In this document: positions 50,511 to 60,179 of the stretch, one piece after another
How the letters are laid out: every line of letters begins with the position of its first letter
Numbering within the stretch: position 1 is the first letter of the stretch
NCBI GenBank assembly: GCA_943787795.1
Contig: CALSNU010000004.1
Location: forward strand, 704,001-768,000
Reading direction: 5' to 3'
Source of the DNA: an uncultured bacterium
Lineage (GTDB): Bacteria > Planctomycetota > UBA1135 > GCA-002686595
DNA length: 64,000 bases
Program-made: the position numbers and the translations under genes
The notes under the pieces: model-generated
Seen by the model: only the letters and a program-made list of their open reading frames with translations
The model's database searches: none
Told to the model about the DNA's origin: nothing

Positions 50511-51245
50511 ATGTCCAACGACATCCAGAAGCTCGACCTCGAATACAGCGCTGCGGGCGCCACCTGCAAGAGCTACCTCGCGCTCCCTGCCGACACCACC
50601 GCTCCCGTCCCCGGCATCATCGTGCTTCACGAGTGGTGGGGCTGCGATGACTACGTCCGCGGCCGCGCGGATCAACTCGCAGGCCTCGGCTACGCGGCGC
50701 TCGCCGCCGACATGTACGGTGAGGGACAGCAAGCGGACGACCCCGAGGCGGCGGGCGCGCTGATGACCGGGCTCATGGGAGACCCCGCCCAGCTCTCCGC
50801 GCGGTTCGAGGCGGCCCGAAGCGCGCTCGCCTTGAGGGCTGAGGTGGACGGCAGCCGGATCGCGGCTGCGGGCTACTGCATGGGCGGTGGGATCGCACTG
50901 GAGATGGCCCGAGCCGGCGCCGAACTCGCCGCCGTGGCGAGCTTCCACGGTGCTCTCGAGACCCAGACCCCCGCGACCGAGGGGGCGATTCAAGCCAAGC
51001 TGCTCGTGTGCACCGGCGCCGCCGATCCCTTCGTCCCGACCGAGCACGTGGACAGCCTGCGCTCCGAGATGGCCGCCGCCGGCGCGAGCTGCGAGATCGT
51101 CGCCTACCCCGACGTGATCCACGCGTTCACCAACCCCGGTGCGACCGCGCGCGGCGAGCGCTTCGGCCTGCCGCTTCGATATGACGAGGGCGCGGATCAG
51201 GACAGCTGGACGCGCATGGCCGCCCTGCTCAAGGACGTCTTCTGA
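50511..51245 (+). CDS. dienelactone hydrolase family protein
   Basis: HEWWG, GYCMGG, SFHG, ADPFV, HAFTNP. Confidence 0.93.
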   Translation: MSNDIQKLDLEYSAAGATCKSYLALPADTTAPVPGIIVLHEWWGCDDYVRGRADQLAGLGYAALAADMYGEGQQADDPEAAGALMTGLMGDPAQLSARFEAARSALALRAEVDGSRIAAAGYCMGGGIALEMARAGAELAAVASFHGALETQTPATEGAIQAKLLVCTGAADPFVPTEHVDSLRSEMAAAGASCEIVAYPDVIHAFTNPGATARGERFGLPLRYDEGADQDSWTRMAALLKDVF

Positions 51246-51281
51246 GCGGCGCGGGAGGCGGCCAAGCCCCGTCCGGCCCGG

Positions 51282-52232
51282 TCACTCTCCCCAGAGTTCT
51301 GCGACCGGATAGGGCCCGCCAGCGCGCTCCCAGAAGGCCCCGGTGACAAAGCGAAAGTGCCGATCAAGGCCCGCCAGGCGCTCCAGCTGGGCACCTGTCA
51401 GCGTCACCTGCGCCGCGGCGAGGTTTTCGGCCAGCCGCCCCGGGTCTACGGACTTCGGGATGACCGCCGTCCCTCGCTGGATCGCCCAGGCGATCAGGAC
51501 CTGGGCGGGCGATGCCCCCTGCTCCGCCGCGATCGCGGCGACCGCCTCGTCCTCCAGCAGCAGCGGCTCGTCCTCGCTCTTCATGGCCTCTGGCCGGTCC
51601 ATGGATCCCAGCGGCGAGTAGGCCGTCGGCAGGACGCCGAGCGCTTGACTACCCTCCACGAGCGCCCGCTGCTGCAGGTAGGGGTGGAGCTCCACCTGGA
51701 TCACCTCCGGCGGCGAGGCAAGTTGCGCGTGAGACCGGAGGCGCTCGAGGCTGTAGTTGGACACGCCGATGTGCCGCGTGAGCCCGAGCTCGAGCGCTGC
51801 GGTCATCCCTGCCCAGGTCTCCTCGAGGGGGACCTCATCAAGGCTCAGGAAGTCCTCAGGACCGCTCGGCCCCACCACGTCGAAGCGGACGGCGACCGGC
51901 CAGTGCACGAGGTAGAGGTCGAGGTACTCGACCCCGAGCGCCTCGATCGAGGCCCGAGCGCCGAGCTCGACCTCCTCCTCCCGGTGCCGATTGCACCAGA
52001 GCTTCGAGGTGACCCAGAGCTCCTCTCTCGAGACGACGCCCTCATCAAACGCCCGCCGCAACGCCGCGCCGATCTCCTCCTCGTTGCCGTAGATCGCGGC
52101 GCAGTCGAGGTGCCGATAGCCGAGGGCGAGGGCGGCGTAGACCGCCTCCCCCACATCGCCCCGGGCTGACTTCCAGGTCCCCAGCCCGAGCAGGGGCATC
52201 CGGTCTCCGTTACTGAACTCGTGGAATCTCAC
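51282..52232 (-). CDS. aldo/keto reductase
   Basis: MPLLGLGTW, GYRHLDCAAIYGNE, VTSKLW, YLDLYLVHWP, IGVSNY, AYSPLGS, IPKS; GTGA overlap with ppx stop. Confidence 0.93.
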   Translation of the reverse strand: MRFHEFSNGDRMPLLGLGTWKSARGDVGEAVYAALALGYRHLDCAAIYGNEEEIGAALRRAFDEGVVSREELWVTSKLWCNRHREEEVELGARASIEALGVEYLDLYLVHWPVAVRFDVVGPSGPEDFLSLDEVPLEETWAGMTAALELGLTRHIGVSNYSLERLRSHAQLASPPEVIQVELHPYLQQRALVEGSQALGVLPTAYSPLGSMDRPEAMKSEDEPLLLEDEAVAAIAAEQGASPAQVLIAWAIQRGTAVIPKSVDPGRLAENLAAAQVTLTGAQLERLAGLDRHFRFVTGAFWERAGGPYPVAELWGE

Positions 52233-53737
52233 CGGTCCTCGTTGACCACCAGGATCAGATCCAGAGACGCGAGGTGCCTCGCCTCCCGCTCCAGGTCCGC
52301 CCGCGTGAGCGGGTTCTCCTCCAGCCACCCTGCGCTGAACTGAAGGGAGAGGCGGCCCTCGGAGGCGATGAGGTTCGGGGTCGGGATGGGCCGATCCGAG
52401 CGGTCTCGCCGCATGCGGAGGGCGATCCGGAGCAGCGGGAGGAGCCTTCGAATCGTCCGTTCTCGCGCCGGGGCGTGGTCCGTCAATGGTCCGAGCCGCG
52501 GGCGCCGCCGCTGCCCGAGGACGAGCGCCGCGATCTCCTGCCGATCGCGCGTGGAGAACCCGGCCAGGTCTGCGTGCTCCACCAGGTACGCGCCGTGCCT
52601 GTGATAAGCGGAGTGGGCCACGGCGAGGCCGACGTCGTGGAGTTGGGCCGCCCAGCCGAGCAGGAGCCGATCCGCCTCCGTCAGCTCGAGGACGCCGGAG
52701 ACCTGATCGAAGAGGCTCTCGGCCAACGCGCGGCAGCGTGCCCCGTGCGCGGGGTCCTGCCCGAGCCGCTCGCCAAAGCTCGCGGCGCTGACCTCGCGGA
52801 CGTCCTCGTGGTGGATCCGGCCGACCAGGTCATGCAGGACTCCCTCTCGCAGCGCGCCGCTCGAGGGGCGCATGACCTCCACCGAGAAGGCGTCAAAGAC
52901 GGCCCTCAGCACGGCGACACCCCCGGCGATCACCTCGCGTCGATCCGGACGGAGCCCCTCGAGGTCAAGCGCGCTGGTCTCGCGAGCCGTCTCGAGGAGG
53001 TCCTGCAAGCGGTCGAGCCCCTCACGGGTGACCTCGCCGCCCGTCCACCCGTTGCCCTCGAGGATCGAGCCGACGGCGCGGATGGTCCCGCTGGAGCCGA
53101 TCGCGTGGTCCCAGTTGGAGGGGCCATACCGCTCGGCGATAGGCTCGAGCTCGACCCTGGCCGCGAGGGCGGCCTTCTCGAAGCGCCCGCGCTTCATGAG
53201 GCCGTCAGGGAAGAAGCGCTGGCTCCACGTGACACACCCCATGGAGAGGCTGTTGACCTGTGAAGAGACGAACCGCTGCCCGAGGATGCACTCGGTGCTG
53301 GCCCCGCCGATGTCCACGACGAGCCGCCGGCCGTCGTCATCTCCGAGGGTGTGCGCCACCCCCAGGTAGACCAGGCGAGCCTCCTCGGTCCCAGGGACGA
53401 CCTCGATGTCCACCCCGAGGGCCTTTGAGGCTTTGCGGAGGAACGCCCCCCGATCCCGGAGCTTGCGGAACGTCGCCGTCCCCACGGCTCGGACCCGGCC
53501 GGGAGGGACACCCTGGAGCCGCTCGGACATGCGCTCGAGGGTGGCGAGCGCGCGGGCCTGAACCACGGCGTCGAGCTGACGGTCGTTCAACCCCTCCGCC
53601 AACGCGACGCGCTCGCGGAGCTTGTCCACGAGGAGCGGTCGGCCGTCCACCTCCCGCGCCACCACGAGGTGAAATGAGTTGGAGCCAAGATCAACCGCCG
53701 CCAGCGCCGACGGGTCGTGCTCGTCCCGCACCGTCAC
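52229..53737 (-). CDS. ppx: Ppx/GppA exopolyphosphatase with C-terminal HD domain
   Basis: AAVDLGSNSFHL, GTATFR, EEARL, VDIGGASTE, GALREG, AQLHDVG. Confidence 0.93.
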   Translation of the reverse strand: MTVRDEHDPSALAAVDLGSNSFHLVVAREVDGRPLLVDKLRERVALAEGLNDRQLDAVVQARALATLERMSERLQGVPPGRVRAVGTATFRKLRDRGAFLRKASKALGVDIEVVPGTEEARLVYLGVAHTLGDDDGRRLVVDIGGASTECILGQRFVSSQVNSLSMGCVTWSQRFFPDGLMKRGRFEKAALAARVELEPIAERYGPSNWDHAIGSSGTIRAVGSILEGNGWTGGEVTREGLDRLQDLLETARETSALDLEGLRPDRREVIAGGVAVLRAVFDAFSVEVMRPSSGALREGVLHDLVGRIHHEDVREVSAASFGERLGQDPAHGARCRALAESLFDQVSGVLELTEADRLLLGWAAQLHDVGLAVAHSAYHRHGAYLVEHADLAGFSTRDRQEIAALVLGQRRRPRLGPLTDHAPARERTIRRLLPLLRIALRMRRDRSDRPIPTPNLIASEGRLSLQFSAGWLEENPLTRADLEREARHLASLDLILVVNEDR

Positions 53738-54801
53738 GCGATCAGGGAACGCAGGCGCGCGACGCGCTCCAGGGCGGCGCCCGACTCCAGGGCGCTGGTC
53801 GCAGCATCCACGCCCTCGGCGATGGTCATACACCGTCCGCAGGCCTTCAGCATGAGCGCGGCGCTGAGCAAGGTCGCCTTGCGCGCCGGCCCCGGCTCAC
53901 CCGCGAGCACCGCCTGCACCAGGTCCGATGCGGACTGGCAGAGGACAGGGTTGTCCGAGGAGCCCTGCCCATCCTCGGCCGGGCCAAAGAGCGGCAGCTC
54001 CGGCTCCGCGGCGTCCTCGAGGCCGAAGTCTGCGGGTTCCACGGTGACCGAGACCAGGTGGTTCCCGTCCAGCTCGATGCCCCGGGTCCGCTTGGTGACG
54101 AAGGGGACCACGCTGCCTTCAGGGCCCTGCAGGGCGACACCTCGTCGGTGCCCGAGGCCCTTGAGTACCTCGACCGCCGCGCCGAGCACCGGCCCGCGCT
54201 GAGCGCCAATCAACATGGCGGAGCCAGGCGGCGCGATGAGCTTCTCGAGGGTGGAGAGCGGCGTGCGGACGATCATGTCGCCGCGAACCTTGCGGAGCGA
54301 GAGGAGCGGCGGGCAGAGCCCCGCCACGGAGACGGTCGCAAAGCCCCCCTTGGTGATCCAATCCTCGGCCTCGGTGGAGTCCCAGGTCATGGAGAGCCCG
54401 AGGCCTTCGAGGACATTGGCCGCGGTCAAGCCGCGCCGGGGCGGGACACAGCGGTCCGATACGATGAGCACTCGCGCCCCGGCGGCCGCCGCGACGATCC
54501 CGGCCGCCACCTCGAGGGGCGGGATCGTGTCGTGTCCATCCTGAGGGGGAGCCACGGTCACCAGCCCGCTCATGCCCATGCAGGGGATCCGCGACTGGGC
54601 GCGAGCCGACATGGCCATGCCCATCAGCTCCTCCGTCGATACGCCCTTCCAGCGCAGGGTCACGAGGAACGAGGCGACCGTCGCGTCACTCTCGGACCCG
54701 CTCAGGATCGCCGTGAAGGCCTGGGCCGCCTCTTCTCGGGAGAGGTTGCGAGGGGGCTTCGGGCCTGTCCCGAAGGAACGCATGAGGCGGCGGAGGACCA
54801 T
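53734..54801 (-). CDS. anthranilate phosphoribosyltransferase-like (TrpD2/YbiB-type) protein
   Basis: LSREEA...ASFLVTLRWKG..TEEL N-domain; PADFGL; LSAALML; lacks GTGGD and KHGNR. Confidence 0.75.
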   Translation of the reverse strand: MVLRRLMRSFGTGPKPPRNLSREEAAQAFTAILSGSESDATVASFLVTLRWKGVSTEELMGMAMSARAQSRIPCMGMSGLVTVAPPQDGHDTIPPLEVAAGIVAAAAGARVLIVSDRCVPPRRGLTAANVLEGLGLSMTWDSTEAEDWITKGGFATVSVAGLCPPLLSLRKVRGDMIVRTPLSTLEKLIAPPGSAMLIGAQRGPVLGAAVEVLKGLGHRRGVALQGPEGSVVPFVTKRTRGIELDGNHLVSVTVEPADFGLEDAAEPELPLFGPAEDGQGSSDNPVLCQSASDLVQAVLAGEPGPARKATLLSAALMLKACGRCMTIAEGVDAATSALESGAALERVARLRSLIA

Positions 54802-54916
54802 GGCAGAAGTGTAACGGCTCTCCTGGCCCGTCTGCGCGTTGCCTCCACCCTAACAGCGCACGGCCGGCGTCCCGCGAAGTGCAGGACGCCGGCCGCGTCA
54901 TGGGAACCGGAGTCGG

Positions 54917-56413
54917 TCAGGCTCCGGCGGTCTGCTCGGTGTTCTCTGACTCCTCAGACTCCTCGGGGTCCTCCGACTCTTCGGGATCCTCGGGATCCTC
55001 GGGGTCCTCGTTGGCTTCCGGCTCCTCGCCGCCGGATTCTTCGATCACCGGCTCCTCACCAGCGTCCTCCGCGGGCTCTTCCTCCGGCGCATCCGCCGGC
55101 GCCTCTTCACCAGAGTCCATCCTCTCCGCCGGCGCCAGGGCGGTCTCCGGACGCGGTCGAATGTGTGCGAAGAACATCTCGGCCTGCTTGTCGTAGACGA
55201 TCTCGCCGTCGACGATCGCCCACTGGACAAAGGTCTGATAGTGGAGCAGGTCGCCGTCCGTGACGATCAGGTCGGCGTCCTTGCCCACCTCGATCGAACC
55301 GATCCGGTAGTCCACACCGAGCACCCGGGCGGCCTCGATCGTGATCGAGCGCAGTCCCGCGAGCTGGGGCAGTCCACCGCGGATCGCGAAGCCCGCCTCG
55401 ATGGGAAGGTGGAGCAGGTCCTGTCCAACGATGCCACCCAGCGAGATACCACGTGAGGCCGGGACGACCACCACGTTGACGCCGTGGCTGTAGAGCGTCG
55501 CGGCGTTCTCGATGCTCGACCCGCCCTCGCGGAGCAGCGACTCGTCCTTCGGACGGCGCGTTCTGGGAGTCACGATCGCCGTGGCCCCGGCGCGTCCGAG
55601 CTCGTCCGCGACGGTCCAGCCCTCACGGCAGCCGTTGATGATCGGGCGGAAGCCGTAGCGCTGGGCGAGTTGCGCGATCTCCAGCAGGTCCGTGCGATCG
55701 TCTGCGTTGAAGCGCGGCCTCACCTCACCCCGCAGGATCCGCAGGGACTTCTGGTCGACGCCCTTCTTGGACGGCTCCTTGGCCTCCTTGTTGGACTTCT
55801 TCTCCTGCTCCCAGGCGCGGTAGGCGCGGATGTAGTCCGCCGCCCCCTTCAGGTCGCCCTCGACCTTCAGCTGCCCCTGGGGGTTGCCGTTGGAGTAGCT
55901 CATGGTCTCGAACGCCGAGCTGCTGACGACGAGGCCGTCCACGTGCCCGCGCTTCAGCTTCGCCACCGAGTTGCCGTCGACGGCGGTGGTGATGCCCGCC
56001 GCGAGCGCGAGGGTCATGTTCTGGTTGTAGGGGTCGACCGAGTCGTCGAGGTTCCCGCTGCTGCCGAAGAGCCCGAAGGAGCCGACGGCGATCAGGCCAG
56101 GGTAGACCCGCATCCCGGAGACGTCGACAACCTCGGCGTCCTCAGGGACATCGACGTCATAGCCGAAGGCGCCGATCTTGCCGTCGCGGACGAGGATGGT
56201 CGCATCACGGAGGACGCCACCGAGGCCGGTGTGGATCTCTCCGCCGACGAGGGCCAGGACCTCCTCCTTGTCCTCTTCAGCCTCAGCCTCCTCGGCGGGC
56301 TCATCGTCGATCGAGACGTTCGCCAGCGCGGTGGGCGCGAGAAACAGGGAGGCCGCCATGAGGAGCCACGTGGGCCGCGAGGTGCGGCGCTGCTGGTTGG
56401 GTCGGAGGTGCAT
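54917..56413 (-). CDS. exported amidohydrolase-family paralogue lacking metal ligands, with acidic tail
   Basis: YPGLIAVGS (no HxH); IGSIEVGKDADL; EDPE-rich C-terminus; TGATG overlap. Confidence 0.85.
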   Translation of the reverse strand: MHLRPNQQRRTSRPTWLLMAASLFLAPTALANVSIDDEPAEEAEAEEDKEEVLALVGGEIHTGLGGVLRDATILVRDGKIGAFGYDVDVPEDAEVVDVSGMRVYPGLIAVGSFGLFGSSGNLDDSVDPYNQNMTLALAAGITTAVDGNSVAKLKRGHVDGLVVSSSAFETMSYSNGNPQGQLKVEGDLKGAADYIRAYRAWEQEKKSNKEAKEPSKKGVDQKSLRILRGEVRPRFNADDRTDLLEIAQLAQRYGFRPIINGCREGWTVADELGRAGATAIVTPRTRRPKDESLLREGGSSIENAATLYSHGVNVVVVPASRGISLGGIVGQDLLHLPIEAGFAIRGGLPQLAGLRSITIEAARVLGVDYRIGSIEVGKDADLIVTDGDLLHYQTFVQWAIVDGEIVYDKQAEMFFAHIRPRPETALAPAERMDSGEEAPADAPEEEPAEDAGEEPVIEESGGEEPEANEDPEDPEDPEESEDPEESEESENTEQTAGA

Positions 56414-57642
56414 CACTGGTCCATGTCTCCGCTGACGAACTTGCCGTCGAGCATGACGGCGTCGAGCTTGGTGTCCGGCTGGAAGGGGTCGCCGGAGAAG
56501 ATGAGGAGGTTGGCGCGCTTGCCCTCGGAGAGGCTCCCGAGCCGGTCGCCCAGCCCCATGAAGGTGGCGGGGTTGTGGGTGATCGCGCGGACGGCGGCCT
56601 TGCGGTCGAGCCCGGCGCCGATCATCACACCCACGTCCTCGAGGAACGACTCGAAGCCGGCCTTGGAGTCCGTGCGGGGCAGCAGGACGAGCTTGGCGCC
56701 TGCGCGCTCGAACTCGGCCGGCAGGTTCCGCTGGCGAAGCGTGCCGGGGACGAGGGTGATCAGCGGCTCCATGAGCACGAAGCACCCGCGCTCACCGACC
56801 TTGTCGGCGACGTGGAAGACGTCGATGTCCCGCGTGAGCGGGACGCGCAGGTGCCACTCGAACTCCTCGTCGCCGATGGCATCGATCAGGTGCTCGTAGC
56901 TCGCGGCGTTCCGGATGGAGACCAGCGCGCGGAGCTTCCCCTCGCGAAGGTCGAAGAACGGCTGCACCCGGGGGTCCGCGGGGGGCGGGACGAAGGTCTC
57001 CTTCGACTTCGACTTGGACGAGGACTTCTTCTTGTCCCCCTTCGCCTTGGCCTGGGCCTTGTCGAACTTCTCGCGCTCCTTCTCGACCTTCTTGAGATGG
57101 TCATCCGCCTTCTTGAAGCCGTCGCGCAGGTTGCGCTTTGCGCTGCTGTTGTTGCGCATGACGACCTTCAGGTAGACGCCGTCCTCGACGATCATCTCCT
57201 CGGCGGAGTCGCCCTTGGGGCGGACCGCGACCGCCTGGCCGGGGATACCCTGGCCGGCGGGGTACTGCCCCACCGTGGTGACACCGTTCTCGAAGAAGGC
57301 CTTGTACGCGGCCGACGGGTAGAGCTCCGCGGACGCCATGACCTGGGGCCGTGAGTCGTTGTAGCCGCCCCCCGACATGCCGACGCGAGAGTAAGGGTTC
57401 ACGAGGCCAGGCATGACGACCTGTCCCTCCTCGAGCTCGATCACGGGGATGCCGCGCTCGACCGGGAGGTCCTGGCCCATGGTGACGATCTCGCCGTCTT
57501 CGACGAGGATCACGGCGTGCTCCATGACCTCCCCGTCGCCGAGTTCGACGCGGGGGGCCTTGATCACGAATAGATCTCCCTGGACCGGCGCAGCGGGAGC
57601 CGCGGCGATCGGGCCGAGGAGGAGGAGGGGTGAGAGGATCAT
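56413..57642 (-). CDS. exported amidohydrolase-family paralogue lacking HxH
   Basis: MPGLVNPYSR; LGSLSEGKRANL. Confidence 0.85.
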   Translation of the reverse strand: MILSPLLLLGPIAAAPAAPVQGDLFVIKAPRVELGDGEVMEHAVILVEDGEIVTMGQDLPVERGIPVIELEEGQVVMPGLVNPYSRVGMSGGGYNDSRPQVMASAELYPSAAYKAFFENGVTTVGQYPAGQGIPGQAVAVRPKGDSAEEMIVEDGVYLKVVMRNNSSAKRNLRDGFKKADDHLKKVEKEREKFDKAQAKAKGDKKKSSSKSKSKETFVPPPADPRVQPFFDLREGKLRALVSIRNAASYEHLIDAIGDEEFEWHLRVPLTRDIDVFHVADKVGERGCFVLMEPLITLVPGTLRQRNLPAEFERAGAKLVLLPRTDSKAGFESFLEDVGVMIGAGLDRKAAVRAITHNPATFMGLGDRLGSLSEGKRANLLIFSGDPFQPDTKLDAVMLDGKFVSGDMDQ

Positions 57643-57697
57643 GTGAGGTAGGTCCTGCGGGACACGCGACACTGCGCCGGCGTCCCGAGGTGTTCTG

Positions 57698-58903
57698 CTA
57701 GAAGAGCTGACCGTCGCGGTCGCGGTCGTACTCGAGGTCTCCGTCGATGAAGACGGAGCGCACGGAGGAGCGGGGGTCGAGCGGATCGCCGTCCCAGAGG
57801 ACGACGTCCGCGTCCTTACCCACCTCGAGGCTTCCGACTCGATGGGCAAGGTTGAAGGAGAGAGCCGGGTGGATCGTGATCGCCCGGAGCATCTGATAGG
57901 CGTCCGCGCCGTAGCGCGCACTCATCGAGCCCTGGAGGAAGAAGTACTCCTCCGCGATCACGCCCGAGTCCGTGTTGAGGGAGAAGAGCGGCACGCCGGC
58001 GTCGACGAACTCCGCCGCGGTCCCGACGATCCGACCCTCTCGGCTGGAGTAGTAGTCGATGGTGCGCGGCCCGTGGTTCACCGGGATATCGATGGCTGCG
58101 AGCGCCGGGGCGACCTTCCACCCATCGAAGCTCCCGTGGGAGATCACGGCGACGGCGCCGTACTTCACCTTCCACATGCGCGCAGTGTTCACTACGCCCT
58201 CGCTGCCGGCGGTGTGGATCAGCACGGGCAGGTCCCCGGAGACCACCCTGGAGAGGTTCTCCAGCGCAGGGTCTCGTCGGCCCTGGCGGTAGGCTCCCAG
58301 GGCACGGTCCGCCACGTCGCGCAGGTTCCACTCCATCCCAGCGCGGGTGACGCCCACGTCCGTCGAGTTACGGCGCTGTGGGTTCGAGTCCTGGGCGACC
58401 TTGAGGCCCCCCGGATCTCGCACGACGCTGGCCTGGAAGCCGCCAGTGGAGCGTGACTTGTAGACGAGGCCGAAGCCGCCCATGTTGGACCCGCTCCCCG
58501 GGATCCCAAAGAGCGTGGTCACGCCGCCGGCGCGCCCCACCTCGATCACGCCGTTCCCCGGGCGGTAGGACGGCGCAGCGCGGAGCTCAGGGTTCACGGC
58601 GTGGACCGTGTCGTTGATGTCCCCGAAGCCGCCGCTGTGGATGTGGGTGTGCAGATCGACGAAGCCAGGCACGGCCCATGTGTCCAGCGCAACCACGGGT
58701 GCGGGGCCCCCTTCGCGGGCCTCGATCGGCCCCGCGTAGGTGATCTTGCCGTCCTCGAGCACGATCATCCCCGGAGAGTGGATCGCGTCGGCTTCGTTCA
58801 TGGTGAGCACCTTGCCCACGTGCAGAACGACGGTGTCCAGCGCCGTCACCGGCGAGGCCAGGGCAGGCACAATCAGGGCGGCCAGGGAGTGCAGCATCAC
58901 CAT
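57698..58903 (-). CDS. exported amidohydrolase (metal ligands intact)
   Basis: PGFVDLHTH, LKVAQ, IHTA, SHGS, NTD, VGSLEVGKDAD. Confidence 0.9.
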   Translation of the reverse strand: MVMLHSLAALIVPALASPVTALDTVVLHVGKVLTMNEADAIHSPGMIVLEDGKITYAGPIEAREGGPAPVVALDTWAVPGFVDLHTHIHSGGFGDINDTVHAVNPELRAAPSYRPGNGVIEVGRAGGVTTLFGIPGSGSNMGGFGLVYKSRSTGGFQASVVRDPGGLKVAQDSNPQRRNSTDVGVTRAGMEWNLRDVADRALGAYRQGRRDPALENLSRVVSGDLPVLIHTAGSEGVVNTARMWKVKYGAVAVISHGSFDGWKVAPALAAIDIPVNHGPRTIDYYSSREGRIVGTAAEFVDAGVPLFSLNTDSGVIAEEYFFLQGSMSARYGADAYQMLRAITIHPALSFNLAHRVGSLEVGKDADVVLWDGDPLDPRSSVRSVFIDGDLEYDRDRDGQLF

Positions 58904-60144
58904 GCCCGGCCCCCGATCTCGGCGTCGTAGACCTTCTCGCCGTTGACCCAGACCGCGTCGAAGTGCGTCCGAGGATCGATCGGGTCGCCGTTGCAGACGA
59001 GGATGTCCGCGTGCTTGCCCGGCTCGAGGCTGCCGACTCGGTCGGCGATGCCCGACGTGCGCGCAGGAATGATCGTGACCCCACGGAGCCCCTGGGCCCG
59101 GTCGTTCCGGAGCCCATAGCGCACCCCCATGGCGGCCTGCGTCGTGAGCTCTTCCTGGGGGACGACGGGCGCGTCGGTGTTGAAGCCGATGTCGACCATG
59201 CCCTGCTCCTGGAAGCCCCAGGCGGTGCCCTCGATGCGCCCGTCCGTATCGAAGCGCGGGGGGCGGGGGGCCATGATCTCGCGCGGCCCCAGGATCGCAC
59301 CGACGCCGAACTCCTTGGCCAGCGGCGTGGTGAGGTAGCTGTCGAAGGACCCGTGGTCGATGTAGGTCGGCAGGCCGAAGTCCCGCGCCAGCATCGTGAT
59401 CGTCATCAGCACCAGCTGGTAGTACTGCGTGTGGGTCGAGACCTGGGTGTCGCCGGCATACAGGAAGCGGAAGATGTCCAGCTCGAGCTCACGCTCGGGC
59501 TTGTCCCCCTCCCCCTCGAGGTAGGCGTCCCACGCCTTGGCATAGGCCTGTCCGCGGCGGAGCCGGAACCGCAGCCCGTAGTTCATGAGGATGCGGCCCA
59601 TGCCGTAGCCCCAGCGCGTCGGGTTATCGCCCTGGGCGATCTTCAGGGACCCGGGGTCGCGCAGCAGCGCCTCCTCGTAGCCGTCGATCCCGAGCTTCAT
59701 GAGGACGCCGGTGCCCCCCATGTTGGTGCCCGAGCCAGGGATGAAGAGGATCGTCGTCACCCCTGCGGCGAGGGGCTTCTCCAAGTCGGAGTTGTTCGGG
59801 ATGACCGCGGGCGACACGCGCAGCTCGGAGTTGAGCTGGTAGACCATGTCGTTGATGTCGCCGCGCGAACCGCCCACGTGGCTGTGCAGGTCCACGAAGC
59901 CGGGCGCCAGCCACCGGTCGCCGTAGTCGATGACCTCGGCCCCCTCGGGGATCTCCACCGAGCCGGCAGGACCGATGGCCTCGATCTCGCCGTCGCGCAG
60001 GACCACGACTGGGTCCAGGATGAAGCCAGGGCCCTCGTACTCACAGGTCAGCGCCTTCGCCGCCCGCAGGACCACAGCCTCTCCCTGGACGGCCGGAGCG
60101 GCGGTCCAGAGCAGGGCACAGGTGCTGGCGACGAGGGTGATCAT
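58897..60144 (-). CDS. exported amidohydrolase (metal ligands intact)
   Basis: PGFVDLHSH, LKIAQ, THTQ, DHGS, NTDAP. Confidence 0.9.
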   Translation of the reverse strand: MITLVASTCALLWTAAPAVQGEAVVLRAAKALTCEYEGPGFILDPVVVLRDGEIEAIGPAGSVEIPEGAEVIDYGDRWLAPGFVDLHSHVGGSRGDINDMVYQLNSELRVSPAVIPNNSDLEKPLAAGVTTILFIPGSGTNMGGTGVLMKLGIDGYEEALLRDPGSLKIAQGDNPTRWGYGMGRILMNYGLRFRLRRGQAYAKAWDAYLEGEGDKPERELELDIFRFLYAGDTQVSTHTQYYQLVLMTITMLARDFGLPTYIDHGSFDSYLTTPLAKEFGVGAILGPREIMAPRPPRFDTDGRIEGTAWGFQEQGMVDIGFNTDAPVVPQEELTTQAAMGVRYGLRNDRAQGLRGVTIIPARTSGIADRVGSLEPGKHADILVCNGDPIDPRTHFDAVWVNGEKVYDAEIGGRAW

Positions 60145-60179
60145 GGGCGCTTCAGAGGCGGCGCGGGGCCGCCGTCACC

